From a virus (Duplodnaviria; Caudoviricetes): a stretch of DNA of 64,000 bases. This document shows positions 28,655 through 38,416 of the stretch, in pieces; positions within the stretch are counted from its first letter, which is position 1, and every line of letters begins with the position of its first letter. Where the stretch lies: the IMG/VR virus record IMGVR_UViG_3300028886_000001; one strand, given 5' to 3'. The notes below the pieces were generated by a model that did no database searches, was not told the origin of the DNA, and worked only from the letters and a program-made list of their open reading frames with translations. Both the position numbers and the translations under genes were made by a program.

Positions 28655-29965
28655 ATGATTACTATGACAATGAATAAAAAGGTAGATTTCCAAGCAGTAA
28701 AGACAGGATTGGTATTCTTCCCAGAAGAAGTTAAAAATGAGATCATGAAAGGTCTCAAAGCTACAAGATATATCTTTAACGGGTGTGTTGACGAGCACCC
28801 AATGGTAATGTATACCAATAAGATAGATTACATAAATAGTAATCTAGCAGGCACTACATTTAAGATAAAGTCTTTGGATATCAATGATATCAATAGAGAG
28901 TTTATCAATTTTATGGCAAACTTTTTTGAGAAATATTCTCAAAAACTTGCTTCTGCAACTAGGGCAATCAACAACTTTAGTGATGATGAAGTTGCCGATT
29001 GCATTAATAAATTTACAGGTGATGCTTGTATTGCAGAGGTACTTTTCGATGCTTCAGCATTAGACAAAATTATAAACGAAGCATTAAAAAGTCAAAGTAA
29101 GAAAAAACTTTTAGAGGAAACTCCAGACGTTATTGATGTTGAAAATGCCATCGACATCAATAAGGAAATTGACAAAGAAGCTTCTGAAGGAGAGCTTCCA
29201 GTTCCAGATGAAATTATAGATACAGAAGAAATTCCAGATGAAGAAGTTATGAATGATGCAGAAATAAAAGAAGAAAAGAAAGAAGAAACAATAGTTTCAT
29301 CATCTTCTGAAGCTGCAGAAGGATTTATCACTGATGAAAAATTGCTTGAAAAGGTAGGTGATAAATTCTTTGAAGAGGCTAAAGACAAGATTAACAGAAT
29401 TGTCAAAAATAAATCTTTAACAAGAAAACAAAAGAAGAATAGGATTAATAGAATTGTTAGATCCTATTCTCATAAAGCTGAAGATTTTGATCCTATAAAA
29501 GAAGAAGAAATAAAAGAGAAGATCATTACAGAAACAGTAGAAGACATAAAGAAGCCTGAGACTACTATAGAAGAAAAAAATAAAGCTGTTATTGATTCTT
29601 TCCAATACCCTGAAACTAAAGACAACAGTTTTATTAAAAAGATACTTAGAGATAATATTAAAAATATTATTCTAAGTAGAGTAGATGAAGACATCTACAA
29701 AATCGAAATGCCAAGAAAGAACGGATTTACCGATATGTGTTATATCAGTTTCGGAAAGAAATCTTTCGAGATTGGTATAAGACATCAAATGACACAAGGT
29801 GCTATTATAATAGTACCTATGCCAAGCAATCCAGCTCTTGGTAACATTTCAGTGCTTAATGAACAAGTGTTTAAGGAAGTTATAGAAGTTGGCACTATGG
29901 GAATAACACAATATTCAAATTCATTCATTTCTATACCTTTCAATGTAAAAAAGAGAGCTTCATAG
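28655..29965 (+). CDS. Hypothetical early protein with acidic central linker
   Basis: 436-aa ORF, AAGGAG SD. Confidence 0.75.
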   Translation: MITMTMNKKVDFQAVKTGLVFFPEEVKNEIMKGLKATRYIFNGCVDEHPMVMYTNKIDYINSNLAGTTFKIKSLDINDINREFINFMANFFEKYSQKLASATRAINNFSDDEVADCINKFTGDACIAEVLFDASALDKIINEALKSQSKKKLLEETPDVIDVENAIDINKEIDKEASEGELPVPDEIIDTEEIPDEEVMNDAEIKEEKKEETIVSSSSEAAEGFITDEKLLEKVGDKFFEEAKDKINRIVKNKSLTRKQKKNRINRIVRSYSHKAEDFDPIKEEEIKEKIITETVEDIKKPETTIEEKNKAVIDSFQYPETKDNSFIKKILRDNIKNIILSRVDEDIYKIEMPRKNGFTDMCYISFGKKSFEIGIRHQMTQGAIIIVPMPSNPALGNISVLNEQVFKEVIEVGTMGITQYSNSFISIPFNVKKRAS

Positions 29966-30028
29966 CTCTCTTTTATTTTTTGACTTGACCCATAACTATT
30001 AAATAATAAATATAAGGAGTTTAATATT

Positions 30029-30763
30029 ATGGATATCAATAATTACAATAAAATATCAGAGCAGATAACGATATTAGGAAATAATGCAAGTTTAAGAATG
30101 TGTACTGTCTTAACGAGAAAGACACAAGAAGGGTATAAGAAGTCATTTTATAATGAATACGAATATGGAACAGAGAAATATGTAGATGCTTCATCTATGA
30201 GAACTATAAAGAAAGATTATGATTATTTTTTGTCTTTAGAGATATTTGATACTAAAGATAATGTAATATTAAGAACTGGAGATGTATTTAGATTAAAACT
30301 TCTATTGAAAGATATATATAAATTCTATAATGATAATTCGTATGATATATTATTTGATAAGTCATCTACAAAAATATCTAAAGTGTTTAGATTAAATAAT
30401 CTACCCATGGGTAGATATGTATCATTTAAATTTTGTTTTATAAATATTGGAGATGATACAGAAGAACTAGGATTGAGAATAAGTATATCAGAGGATTCAT
30501 ACACTGATTGTACAATGAATGATTTATTTGGCTTATTATATACTATGGATTCATTAAACATGTTTCAATCTGCTCAGATAGCTGTATCATCATTACATAT
30601 AGAATTAGAAACAAATCTAAATATTATAGGAGATACATCATCATCTTCTAAAGTAAATCATAATATAGAAGAGAGAAATCAACAAGAGTTATTAGTATCA
30701 AAGAAAAGACAATTACCTAAGAAGCAATCAAGATCATTCTTCGATAAAATGGATGATATGTAA
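30029..30763 (+). CDS. Hypothetical protein (possible nucleic-acid-binding protein, acidic tail)
   Basis: 244 aa ending SFFDKMDDM; variant motif AACT-N6-TA at 29994. Confidence 0.65.
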   Translation: MDINNYNKISEQITILGNNASLRMCTVLTRKTQEGYKKSFYNEYEYGTEKYVDASSMRTIKKDYDYFLSLEIFDTKDNVILRTGDVFRLKLLLKDIYKFYNDNSYDILFDKSSTKISKVFRLNNLPMGRYVSFKFCFINIGDDTEELGLRISISEDSYTDCTMNDLFGLLYTMDSLNMFQSAQIAVSSLHIELETNLNIIGDTSSSSKVNHNIEERNQQELLVSKKRQLPKKQSRSFFDKMDDM

Positions 30764-30817
30764 AATTATCATATGTAAACATATTAGTACTTATTAATAT
30801 AAGGGGGTTATAAATTT

Positions 30818-31138
30818 ATGGGAGTAAGAAAAGACGTAAGAACATTATTGAAAGGGTTAAAACTAGATTTACTGACTATTAGATATTTTACTATAGCAGT
30901 TGATTATTGTATATCTAATGATATAGATCCTTTAGAGATATCATTAATTAAAGATGTATATCCAATAATAAATAAGGAGATTAAGAATACTACTGAAGGG
31001 GCTATAGAATCACATATGATTAAAGCCGTATTGAAGAGTAGAAAAGCTGTAGATGAATATACTTACTATGATAAATTAGGAGTAAAGAAGCCTACAGTAA
31101 GAAGACTTATGATTAAACTTGTAGAAATATTAAAATAG
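30818..31138 (+). CDS. Stand-alone Spo0A C-terminal (DNA-binding) domain protein
   Basis: [30 protein letters not shown] ~ [45 protein letters not shown] ~ KPTNSEFIAMVADKL; late motif at 30778-30789. Confidence 0.75.
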   Translation: [106 protein letters not shown]

Positions 31139-31172
31139 ATAGATTGAGTTATATAGCTCAATCTATTTTTTA

Positions 31173-31184
31173 TTTATATATTAT
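31173..31184 (+). promoter_or_regulatory. Putative early promoter
   Basis: TTTATATATTAT-TACATT-G. Confidence 0.65.
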
Positions 31185-31288
31185 TACATTGCTATAAGAA
31201 TAATATAGTAATATAAATATTAAGGATAGCTTAGACAATGAATTATTGTCAAATGATGGTATACATGACAGTATTTTTGAAATAAAAT

Positions 31289-31323
31289 AAGAGTAAGCAT
31301 AATGCTTACTCTTTTATTTTTTT
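31289..31323. terminator. Bidirectional intrinsic terminator (GAGTAAGC family)
   Basis: AAGAGTAAGCAT-A-ATGCTTACTCTT between convergent units. Confidence 0.8.
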
Positions 31324-31326
31324 GTA

Positions 31327-32094
31327 TTATACTGTATACATTAATGGTTGTGCGTCATTAGCAGCAGATACACTAGCATCCTTCAAGTCAGCTACTACAT
31401 CTTCTCTTTTATCTACATACTTTTCTAAATCTCCTAATTTGATATCTATATTACCAAATGCAGATTCCATACCATCAAAATATTTCAAATGATTATATAA
31501 GAATATAGCTACATCGCATATAGCTAATTGTTCAAATATCTCCATTTTAGTAGGTGGAATAGTATTTAAATTATCAGCATGCTTTATAAGTAAGTCTATC
31601 TTAAAATTAGGTAGGCATGTAAGATACTCTATATTAGTAGCACCTTTTAATCTTATTTTATTAGGTGGTTCCCATTCTGGATATATACCATAATTGAATA
31701 ATGATACATGGTTAGCTTGCATTTGTACCATAGCTAAATCACCCATATCAAATCCAACGTTAAAGAAATCAAAAGAACCAAATGGTTGTGCATTTACAGC
31801 CATTGCATTTTCAGTAAACTCTTCCCATGCTATATCTCTTAATCCTAATATTTCTATATTACCTGGAATCTTATCTTCATCTATAAGACAATAATCACCA
31901 CGTCTATCCTTCTTTACATCTACAGTATATCTTATTTTCATAGGAAAATATCTAGAAAATGTAGTTAAAGAATCTTCTATAATGACTTTTGCCCATTCGT
32001 CTTTTTGAAGATATTTAGGTAGATTAAGTTCATAGCATCCTAGTCTACGATCTATCTTATTTACTAATCTAGTCATGTTGTTTGTTAAAGCCAT
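31327..32094 (-). CDS. Probable neck/head-completion virion protein
   Basis: IDRRLG...IIEDSLTTFSRYFP pattern reminiscent of T4 gp13-like neck proteins. Confidence 0.5.
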   Translation of the reverse strand: MALTNNMTRLVNKIDRRLGCYELNLPKYLQKDEWAKVIIEDSLTTFSRYFPMKIRYTVDVKKDRRGDYCLIDEDKIPGNIEILGLRDIAWEEFTENAMAVNAQPFGSFDFFNVGFDMGDLAMVQMQANHVSLFNYGIYPEWEPPNKIRLKGATNIEYLTCLPNFKIDLLIKHADNLNTIPPTKMEIFEQLAICDVAIFLYNHLKYFDGMESAFGNIDIKLGDLEKYVDKREDVVADLKDASVSAANDAQPLMYTV

Positions 32095-32145
32095 AGCTAT
32101 ACACCTCCTTGTGTAAATATTAATTATTAGTTAAACTAATCAATA

Positions 32146-32157
32146 ATTATATATTAT
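32146..32157 (+). promoter_or_regulatory. Putative early promoter
   Basis: ATTATATATTAT-ATTATT-G. Confidence 0.75.
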
Positions 32158-32265
32158 ATTATTGTAAATATATTTAATAAGGAGAGATGATTATGAATAA
32201 CAATAAAGGAATAGTACAGTATATAATAAAAGCAAAGAGAGAAGAAAAGAGGGAGAAGATAAATA

Positions 32266-32730
32266 ATGATGAATATTGCGAGTATTAAATATGATTCTTT
32301 AGTAAATGGAGAAGGATTAAGAACAGTGGTATTTGCACAAGGATGCAAGCATAATTGTAAAGGATGTTTTAATCCACATACACATGAATTTGGTATTGGT
32401 AGAGATTATGAAGTAGAAGACTTATATAAGATAATTAAAGAAAATTGTCTTATGAAAAAAGTTACATTCTCTGGAGGAGATCCATTATATCAAGTAGAAG
32501 AATTTACTGAGTTAGCTAAATTATTAAAAGCAGATGGCTATAATATATGGTGCTATACTGGATTTACTATAGAAGAGATACAAAATGATGAAAATATGTC
32601 TAAGATATTAGATTATGTAGATGTAATAGTAGATGGTAAATTTGATGAATCTAAAGCAGGAGAGTATAAATATAAAGGTTCATCTAATCAAAGGATAATA
32701 AATATAAAGGAGAACATAGGAAATGAATAA
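32266..32730 (+). CDS. nrdG: Anaerobic ribonucleotide reductase activating protein (radical SAM)
   Basis: DSLVNGEGLR, QGCKHNCKGCFN, FSGGDP, WCYTG, GSSNQR. Confidence 0.95.
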   Translation: MMNIASIKYDSLVNGEGLRTVVFAQGCKHNCKGCFNPHTHEFGIGRDYEVEDLYKIIKENCLMKKVTFSGGDPLYQVEEFTELAKLLKADGYNIWCYTGFTIEEIQNDENMSKILDYVDVIVDGKFDESKAGEYKYKGSSNQRIINIKENIGNE

Positions 32731-33136
32731 ATTAGTAAAGTTAGTTATAATACTTAGCATGGTATTTATGATATGTGGAGGAGTATCTTATAAGCTTTGT
32801 TCTACTATACAAGCTAAACCATTAGTTAGTAAAGAGCTAGTATCTAACTCTGCATGTAGAGTTATAAGAAGAAGTATGAGCTTTAAAACTATGAGAATTG
32901 TTAGAGATAATACAGAATTGAAGAATTACTCATATATGGATTCTGATAATTATATAGTAACATTAGTAGATGATGAAACTAATATTGAATATAATATAGG
33001 TAGTGAGAAATACTATAATATATTCTCTAAGAATAGCATAGATAGAGATAATATTCAAGTTGATATGATGGTTATATCTAATAGTAGTAGAATAGTAGAT
33101 ATAAGTAATGTAGAAGAAACAGGATATAATGAATAA
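32723..33136 (+). CDS. Hypothetical membrane-anchored protein
   Basis: N-terminal hydrophobic segment. Confidence 0.7.
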   Translation: MNKLVKLVIILSMVFMICGGVSYKLCSTIQAKPLVSKELVSNSACRVIRRSMSFKTMRIVRDNTELKNYSYMDSDNYIVTLVDDETNIEYNIGSEKYYNIFSKNSIDRDNIQVDMMVISNSSRIVDISNVEETGYNE

Positions 33137-33176
33137 GCTATATAGCTTATTCTTTTTTGTTTGAAGGGAGATTAAT

Positions 33177-33863
33177 ATGGATAAAGAAGAAATTATATAT
33201 AAAAAGACAAAATATCAATATGGAATGTGTAATGTATTATTTAAAGGATTAGAAAAAGATAAAGTGTATAGAATGTATAAAGATATTAATTATATATACG
33301 ATATGACATTTGATAGTATATATATCATAAACAATGGGAAAAAAATATTTGCTAATACGATTAAAAGTAAACTTACAATATTTAAAAGACATAAAATAGA
33401 ATTGATACAATGTAATGATGGTAAACCTAAAACTAATATATTTGGTAAGCATAAGATTATAAAAGTTAAACTTCCTTCTCTATTAGATATAAGATTACCA
33501 GAAGAAGTTATATATGATTACTATGATAAATTTTATTCTAAATTGTATATAATGAATAGAGATAATAAAGAGTTCTTATATCCTTATAGCTATATAATAA
33601 ATTCTCTTATAGATAAAATCAATGCTATTATTAGTATTAAAGATTCTTTTGATACTAATGAAGAATATAAAGAGTTTGTAAATACATTATGTAAGATAGT
33701 ATCATATTGCTCTAAAGTTATATCTAATTTATATGGATTATACAATATTAATAAGAAGAAAACATTATTAAGTACTAATACATTAGATAATCTATTACAT
33801 GAATCTATAAAGTTATGTAATATATCTAATGACTTTATAAATGAAATGAAAGATTTGTATTAG
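33177..33863 (+). CDS. Hypothetical protein
   Basis: 228-aa ORF with GGGAG SD. Confidence 0.7.
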   Translation: MDKEEIIYKKTKYQYGMCNVLFKGLEKDKVYRMYKDINYIYDMTFDSIYIINNGKKIFANTIKSKLTIFKRHKIELIQCNDGKPKTNIFGKHKIIKVKLPSLLDIRLPEEVIYDYYDKFYSKLYIMNRDNKEFLYPYSYIINSLIDKINAIISIKDSFDTNEEYKEFVNTLCKIVSYCSKVISNLYGLYNINKKKTLLSTNTLDNLLHESIKLCNISNDFINEMKDLY

Positions 33864-33873
33864 TCGTTTTTTG

Positions 33874-33885
33874 ATTATATATTAT
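33874..33885 (+). promoter_or_regulatory. Putative early promoter
   Basis: ATTATATATTAT-AATACT-G. Confidence 0.75.
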
Positions 33886-33920
33886 AATACTGTAATCAAA
33901 TATTAAGGGAGAGGATAGAT

Positions 33921-34643
33921 ATGTTAAAATTAAAATTCTTAGGAAGAGGTTCAGGATTAAACCCAAAGGAGGGGAATACATCTGCATACTTTGAATATAA
34001 AAATAATTTATTTATATTTGATTGTGGCGGAGATGTAGCTGGTAAGCTAATACAAAAAGGATTACTAGAAAATAAAGATAGGATAACTGTTTTTATAACT
34101 CATGTGCATGATGACCATGCTGGTTCATTAAGTACATTAATTTATTACTGTAAGTACATCTTACATAAGAGACCTATTATAGTATGCCCATGTCCATCAG
34201 GCTTGGGTGAAATTCTAAAATTGGAAGGTGTACAGCCTGAGGACTACGAACGCATAACTTTTAGAATGGCATTTAATAAAAGATTTAAAGATCTATTCAT
34301 AAGGTTACTTGTGGCTGATGTAGTACATGGTAATATGAGTGCATATAGCTACGCTATAGAATTTCTAGATGGATACTACATATACTATAGTGGTGATACA
34401 GATAGTACTATGCATTTTTTATTATCTGATTTGATTAATAATGTAAAACCAGATCACGTATTGTTATACCATGAAGCATGCATGTATGAATGTCCAGTAC
34501 ATACATCTATTTGTAGATTGTACGGACTGGTACCAGAGAGGTACAGAAGTAGCACATATATTATGCATATAGATTCAATCTTCGATGAAGAATATGCTAA
34601 GAGTTTAGGCTTCAATGTAGTACAAGTGGAAAAAGAAGAGTAA
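33921..34643 (+). CDS. MBL-fold metallo-hydrolase (RNase Z/Apyc1-like phosphodiesterase)
   Basis: FDCG, THVHDDH, YSGDT, YHEA, VHTS, IMH. Confidence 0.85.
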   Translation: MLKLKFLGRGSGLNPKEGNTSAYFEYKNNLFIFDCGGDVAGKLIQKGLLENKDRITVFITHVHDDHAGSLSTLIYYCKYILHKRPIIVCPCPSGLGEILKLEGVQPEDYERITFRMAFNKRFKDLFIRLLVADVVHGNMSAYSYAIEFLDGYYIYYSGDTDSTMHFLLSDLINNVKPDHVLLYHEACMYECPVHTSICRLYGLVPERYRSSTYIMHIDSIFDEEYAKSLGFNVVQVEKEE

Positions 34644-34669
34644 GCATTATGCTTACTCCTTTATTTTTT
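34638..34669. terminator. Bidirectional intrinsic terminator (GAGTAAGC family)
   Basis: GAGTAAGCAT/ATGCTTACTC inverted repeat between convergent genes. Confidence 0.75.
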
Positions 34670-35494
34670 CTATCTGTTACAATAATCTAATATTTCATTT
34701 CTTATATATGATTCAAGATTTATATTGAATACATCTCCTTCTTTACTAACCAATTGAACTCTTCTTCCATTATCTACTAGAGATGCTGTTTCATATAAAG
34801 TATCAAATGATTTTAATACAGTCTTTATATTAGCAGATTCTTCTTTGATATAATCCATTACTTGTTTATTAGTAATAGGTTCTATTATACCAGCATCGTC
34901 TTCAGGTAAGTATAATTTACTTCCTTCATTTTGAGCATATATATTTCCTGATTCTTCTACTATACCAGTCATATATGCAGCTTTATGAGATGGGAATATA
35001 ACCCAGTCCCAAGTAATAACTTTTATATTTTTTACTTCTGCTCCTCTATTAGTATTTTGAACAGAACCTAGAGCACGTAATGAAAATGATACTTTAGTAT
35101 CATCTAAAATAAAGTTATTGAAGTTTTCCCCTCTATCATTAGGAGTTCCTTTTACATGTGCTTTTATATTATTTCCTTCTTTCCAAAGTTTAAGTATCTT
35201 ATGTGATACATTATTAGGATCTATAGTTTGTTGTCTTGCTATATCCTTGCACATAGGATGTCCAGCTTCTCCACAGAAGTTTCCTGATTTTATTAATTCT
35301 ACAGTTCTAGGACATGTCAATTCTGGCATTAATTCTTTATCTGAATAGAATCTTCCATTTCTATTCTTTACATTCATATCTTGTAATACTGCTTCTATTG
35401 TTACCCTATTATTTTTTTCTCCTACTATAACTGGATCTTGTGGTTCAGAACTAGCAGTTTCGCATATTACAAATCCAATTTTACTATCTATCAT
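34670..35494 (-). CDS. Prohead core protease (T4 gp21-like)
   Basis: KNRNGRFY, GEAGHP, VSH, SFSLRALG, TWDWVIFPSH; late motif at 35520-35531. Confidence 0.9.
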   Translation of the reverse strand: MIDSKIGFVICETASSEPQDPVIVGEKNNRVTIEAVLQDMNVKNRNGRFYSDKELMPELTCPRTVELIKSGNFCGEAGHPMCKDIARQQTIDPNNVSHKILKLWKEGNNIKAHVKGTPNDRGENFNNFILDDTKVSFSLRALGSVQNTNRGAEVKNIKVITWDWVIFPSHKAAYMTGIVEESGNIYAQNEGSKLYLPEDDAGIIEPITNKQVMDYIKEESANIKTVLKSFDTLYETASLVDNGRRVQLVSKEGDVFNINLESYIRNEILDYCNR

Positions 35495-35629
35495 TATTAT
35501 TCCTCCTTTATATATAAATTAATAAGATGTTGTCTAACCTTATTTCATTTTTGTGCGTTACTATACTAGATAAGGGTAAATACGTTGAACTATATAATAA
35601 CTATAAAACTTTGAAAGGAATGATATACA

Positions 35630-38401
35630 ATGTTGATTTCAATAAATACAGTTAAGCATAGAGCTGATGGTTTAAAAAATGGAACTAAATATACAATGTC
35701 AGAAAATTGTAATATATTAAGAAATAGTATGAAAACAACTACTAATCCTGTATTGGTAGAAAGATATATTGGTAGTTGGGATTATAGAGATAATTATGCT
35801 GAAAGAACAGCATTTAGAGATATGCTTAATACAGTAAAGGAATTCTGTTTAAGAAATGATATAGGAAATAGTATAAAGGAACATGCTATATCTTATATAG
35901 GTAAAAATGCATTATATCAATTTAGTAATGCAAAACATGCTAAGGAATTAGTAAATGAAGTATTTGGTAATAGTGATGTAGAAGAAGCTAAACCACTATT
36001 AGAAGAAGTAAATACTGTAATAGCTTGTGATAGAGTAATTAATAATCAAAAAGCTCTAAATAAGAAAGTAAGCTTAGATAATACAGTAATGAGATATGAT
36101 ATGGGAAAGATATCTTTAAAAGAATGTATTGAAAACATGTGTGAACAAGTAGACAGTTTCAATATGAAATTTAAAGTTAAATATAATGTAGCATTAGAGA
36201 ATATATTATATACTCTAAGTAATCATAATATAAAATGTAGTAGAAGTACTGTACTAGAAACAGTAACAGATTACTTCCTTATGAAGAATAATAAGAAAGA
36301 GAATATAGAAGCTATGGCTGATATAATAGAAAGAACTAGTTTCTATAATGATGACGATAAAGTAGGAGTACAATATGTAATAGAGAATGTCAATAAGAAG
36401 AATGAATTAGATGATATTCTATATAGACAAGATTACTATACTGAAGAAGTAAAACAACTTGTTAAAGATAAATTAAACAATGTAAAGAAGACTGCTAAGA
36501 AGATAGCTTCTAGTAATATCTTTGATGAATTAAAATTATTATATGATAAGAAACCAGAGAAGATAAAAGCTATAGTAAATAAATTATATGTAAGAAGTCC
36601 AGAGCAAATATTAGATGAGCTTCCTAACTTCTTATCATGGTTCAGAACAGCATTAGTTCTAACAACTTTTTCTGTAAGTCCATACCTAGGTATTATATCT
36701 TTAGGTGTAGATAAATTTATACAAATGTCTCTTCAAAGAGATCATACTAAGAAAGCTATAGATAAATATAATAAAGAATTATCTAAAGCTGAAAATAAAT
36801 TAGATAGATTAGACCCTGATAGTAAAGCATATTCAAATTGTGAAGCATATATTGCTACACTTAAAAAGAATATAAGAAAACTAGAAGAATACTATGATAC
36901 ATTAAAGAGTGAAAAGGAGATTGATGAAAGTATGAATTATAATTCAACAGACCCAGAAATAGCAGGAATATTAAATGATATAAGTGTAGATGACATGAAT
37001 CTTACTGATGCACAAAAAATATATCTAGACGTAGAGAATAGTTCTGTCGATGTAGAAGAATATCTAGAATCAGAACACAAGAAGGTATTAAGAAATGTAC
37101 AAGCAGCTATGAGAAAGCTTAGAGAAACTTATATAGTAAACTCTCAATTTAATAAATTGGCTAGACAAGGATACTTCACTATGATAGATGAAGAAGAATA
37201 TAATAGATTTGCTTTAGCTAATAATACTGTAATAGAAGATTATATAGGAGGAGACAATAAGATATTCTTCTGTATAGGACATTGCTTACCATTAAAAGCA
37301 ACAGATGAAAAATACAGAGATAAAGAAACCATACGTTATTTATTAGATAGACTTACTGATATATTAGAAGAAGTATGTGATGCTTCTATTAATGTATTAT
37401 ATGAAGGTGATGATGAAGATATATATCATATATATCTATCATATATGAAACCAATAGAATGGCAAGATGATTCAGTGTACGAATCTTTTATGCATATAGA
37501 TACTAGAAAGAATGCTGCATTAGTATTAGCATTAGAAGGCACTATTAATCAATTTACTACTTATAATCCAAATGAGATAATGAGTATGATAGAGAATAAT
37601 ATAGATAAGTATGATAATGACGTAATAAATGCTATATCTATTATATCTATGAACGAATCATCAATTATAAACCCAGAAGAATTAATTGATATCTTAAAGA
37701 AAGAAAAGAATAGAGTTTATAAATTAAATGAATCAGCTGGTACTAAGTATAGTAGAACGTCTACTATTTCAGAATGTATTAGTATGCTCAAAGATACTAA
37801 GCCTAAAGAAGAAATACGAGAGACATCATTTGAATCTGTAGCACACTTAATGAATATTAATGAAGCAATACAATCTATATATGAATATAATCAATCTGTA
37901 AATGAAACATCATTAAAGACCAATGTTAAGATAGTAGCACAGAAGGTTAAGAATAAAGCTAATATATTAAACGATAAACAGAAACAAGCATCAGCTCAAT
38001 TAGATAATATGGTAGATAAATTCCAAGATTCAATACAGAAAGACTTATCAAATAAGAATAGAGAGGCAGTTATTAAAGGTAGATTATTACCTTCAGCTTC
38101 AGCAATAATTAAATTAGCATTAGCTAGTGGTATAGCTGGATTAGCAAATCCAGTATTAGGAGTTATTACAGCTCTTGGTGGTCTAGGAGCTGCTGCTGCT
38201 GGTACTAAGAAAGAAAAACAATATATACTAGATGAGATAGATATACAATTAAAATTAGTAGAAAAGAAACAACAACTTGCAGAATCTAATAATGATATGA
38301 AGTCTTTAGAAGAACTTATGAAAATAGAAAGAAAACTAAAAAGAGAAAGACAAAGAATAATGTATAGATTAAAGAACTATTATCCTGCTAGTGTAAATTA
38401 A
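35630..38401 (+). CDS. Large virion head protein
   Basis: Between protease and capsid genes; many hydrophobic-x-E|S/A/T sites; two hydrophobic helical hairpins. Confidence 0.6.
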   Translation: MLISINTVKHRADGLKNGTKYTMSENCNILRNSMKTTTNPVLVERYIGSWDYRDNYAERTAFRDMLNTVKEFCLRNDIGNSIKEHAISYIGKNALYQFSNAKHAKELVNEVFGNSDVEEAKPLLEEVNTVIACDRVINNQKALNKKVSLDNTVMRYDMGKISLKECIENMCEQVDSFNMKFKVKYNVALENILYTLSNHNIKCSRSTVLETVTDYFLMKNNKKENIEAMADIIERTSFYNDDDKVGVQYVIENVNKKNELDDILYRQDYYTEEVKQLVKDKLNNVKKTAKKIASSNIFDELKLLYDKKPEKIKAIVNKLYVRSPEQILDELPNFLSWFRTALVLTTFSVSPYLGIISLGVDKFIQMSLQRDHTKKAIDKYNKELSKAENKLDRLDPDSKAYSNCEAYIATLKKNIRKLEEYYDTLKSEKEIDESMNYNSTDPEIAGILNDISVDDMNLTDAQKIYLDVENSSVDVEEYLESEHKKVLRNVQAAMRKLRETYIVNSQFNKLARQGYFTMIDEEEYNRFALANNTVIEDYIGGDNKIFFCIGHCLPLKATDEKYRDKETIRYLLDRLTDILEEVCDASINVLYEGDDEDIYHIYLSYMKPIEWQDDSVYESFMHIDTRKNAALVLALEGTINQFTTYNPNEIMSMIENNIDKYDNDVINAISIISMNESSIINPEELIDILKKEKNRVYKLNESAGTKYSRTSTISECISMLKDTKPKEEIRETSFESVAHLMNINEAIQSIYEYNQSVNETSLKTNVKIVAQKVKNKANILNDKQKQASAQLDNMVDKFQDSIQKDLSNKNREAVIKGRLLPSASAIIKLALASGIAGLANPVLGVITALGGLGAAAAGTKKEKQYILDEIDIQLKLVEKKQQLAESNNDMKSLEELMKIERKLKRERQRIMYRLKNYYPASVN

Positions 38402-38416
38402 ATGGAGGTGAAATAG

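Noticed and set aside
28655-28760. LVFFPEEVKNEI resembles Ugi ILMLPEEVEEVI
   Set aside because: Short match in a 436-aa protein with no other Ugi features; probably chance
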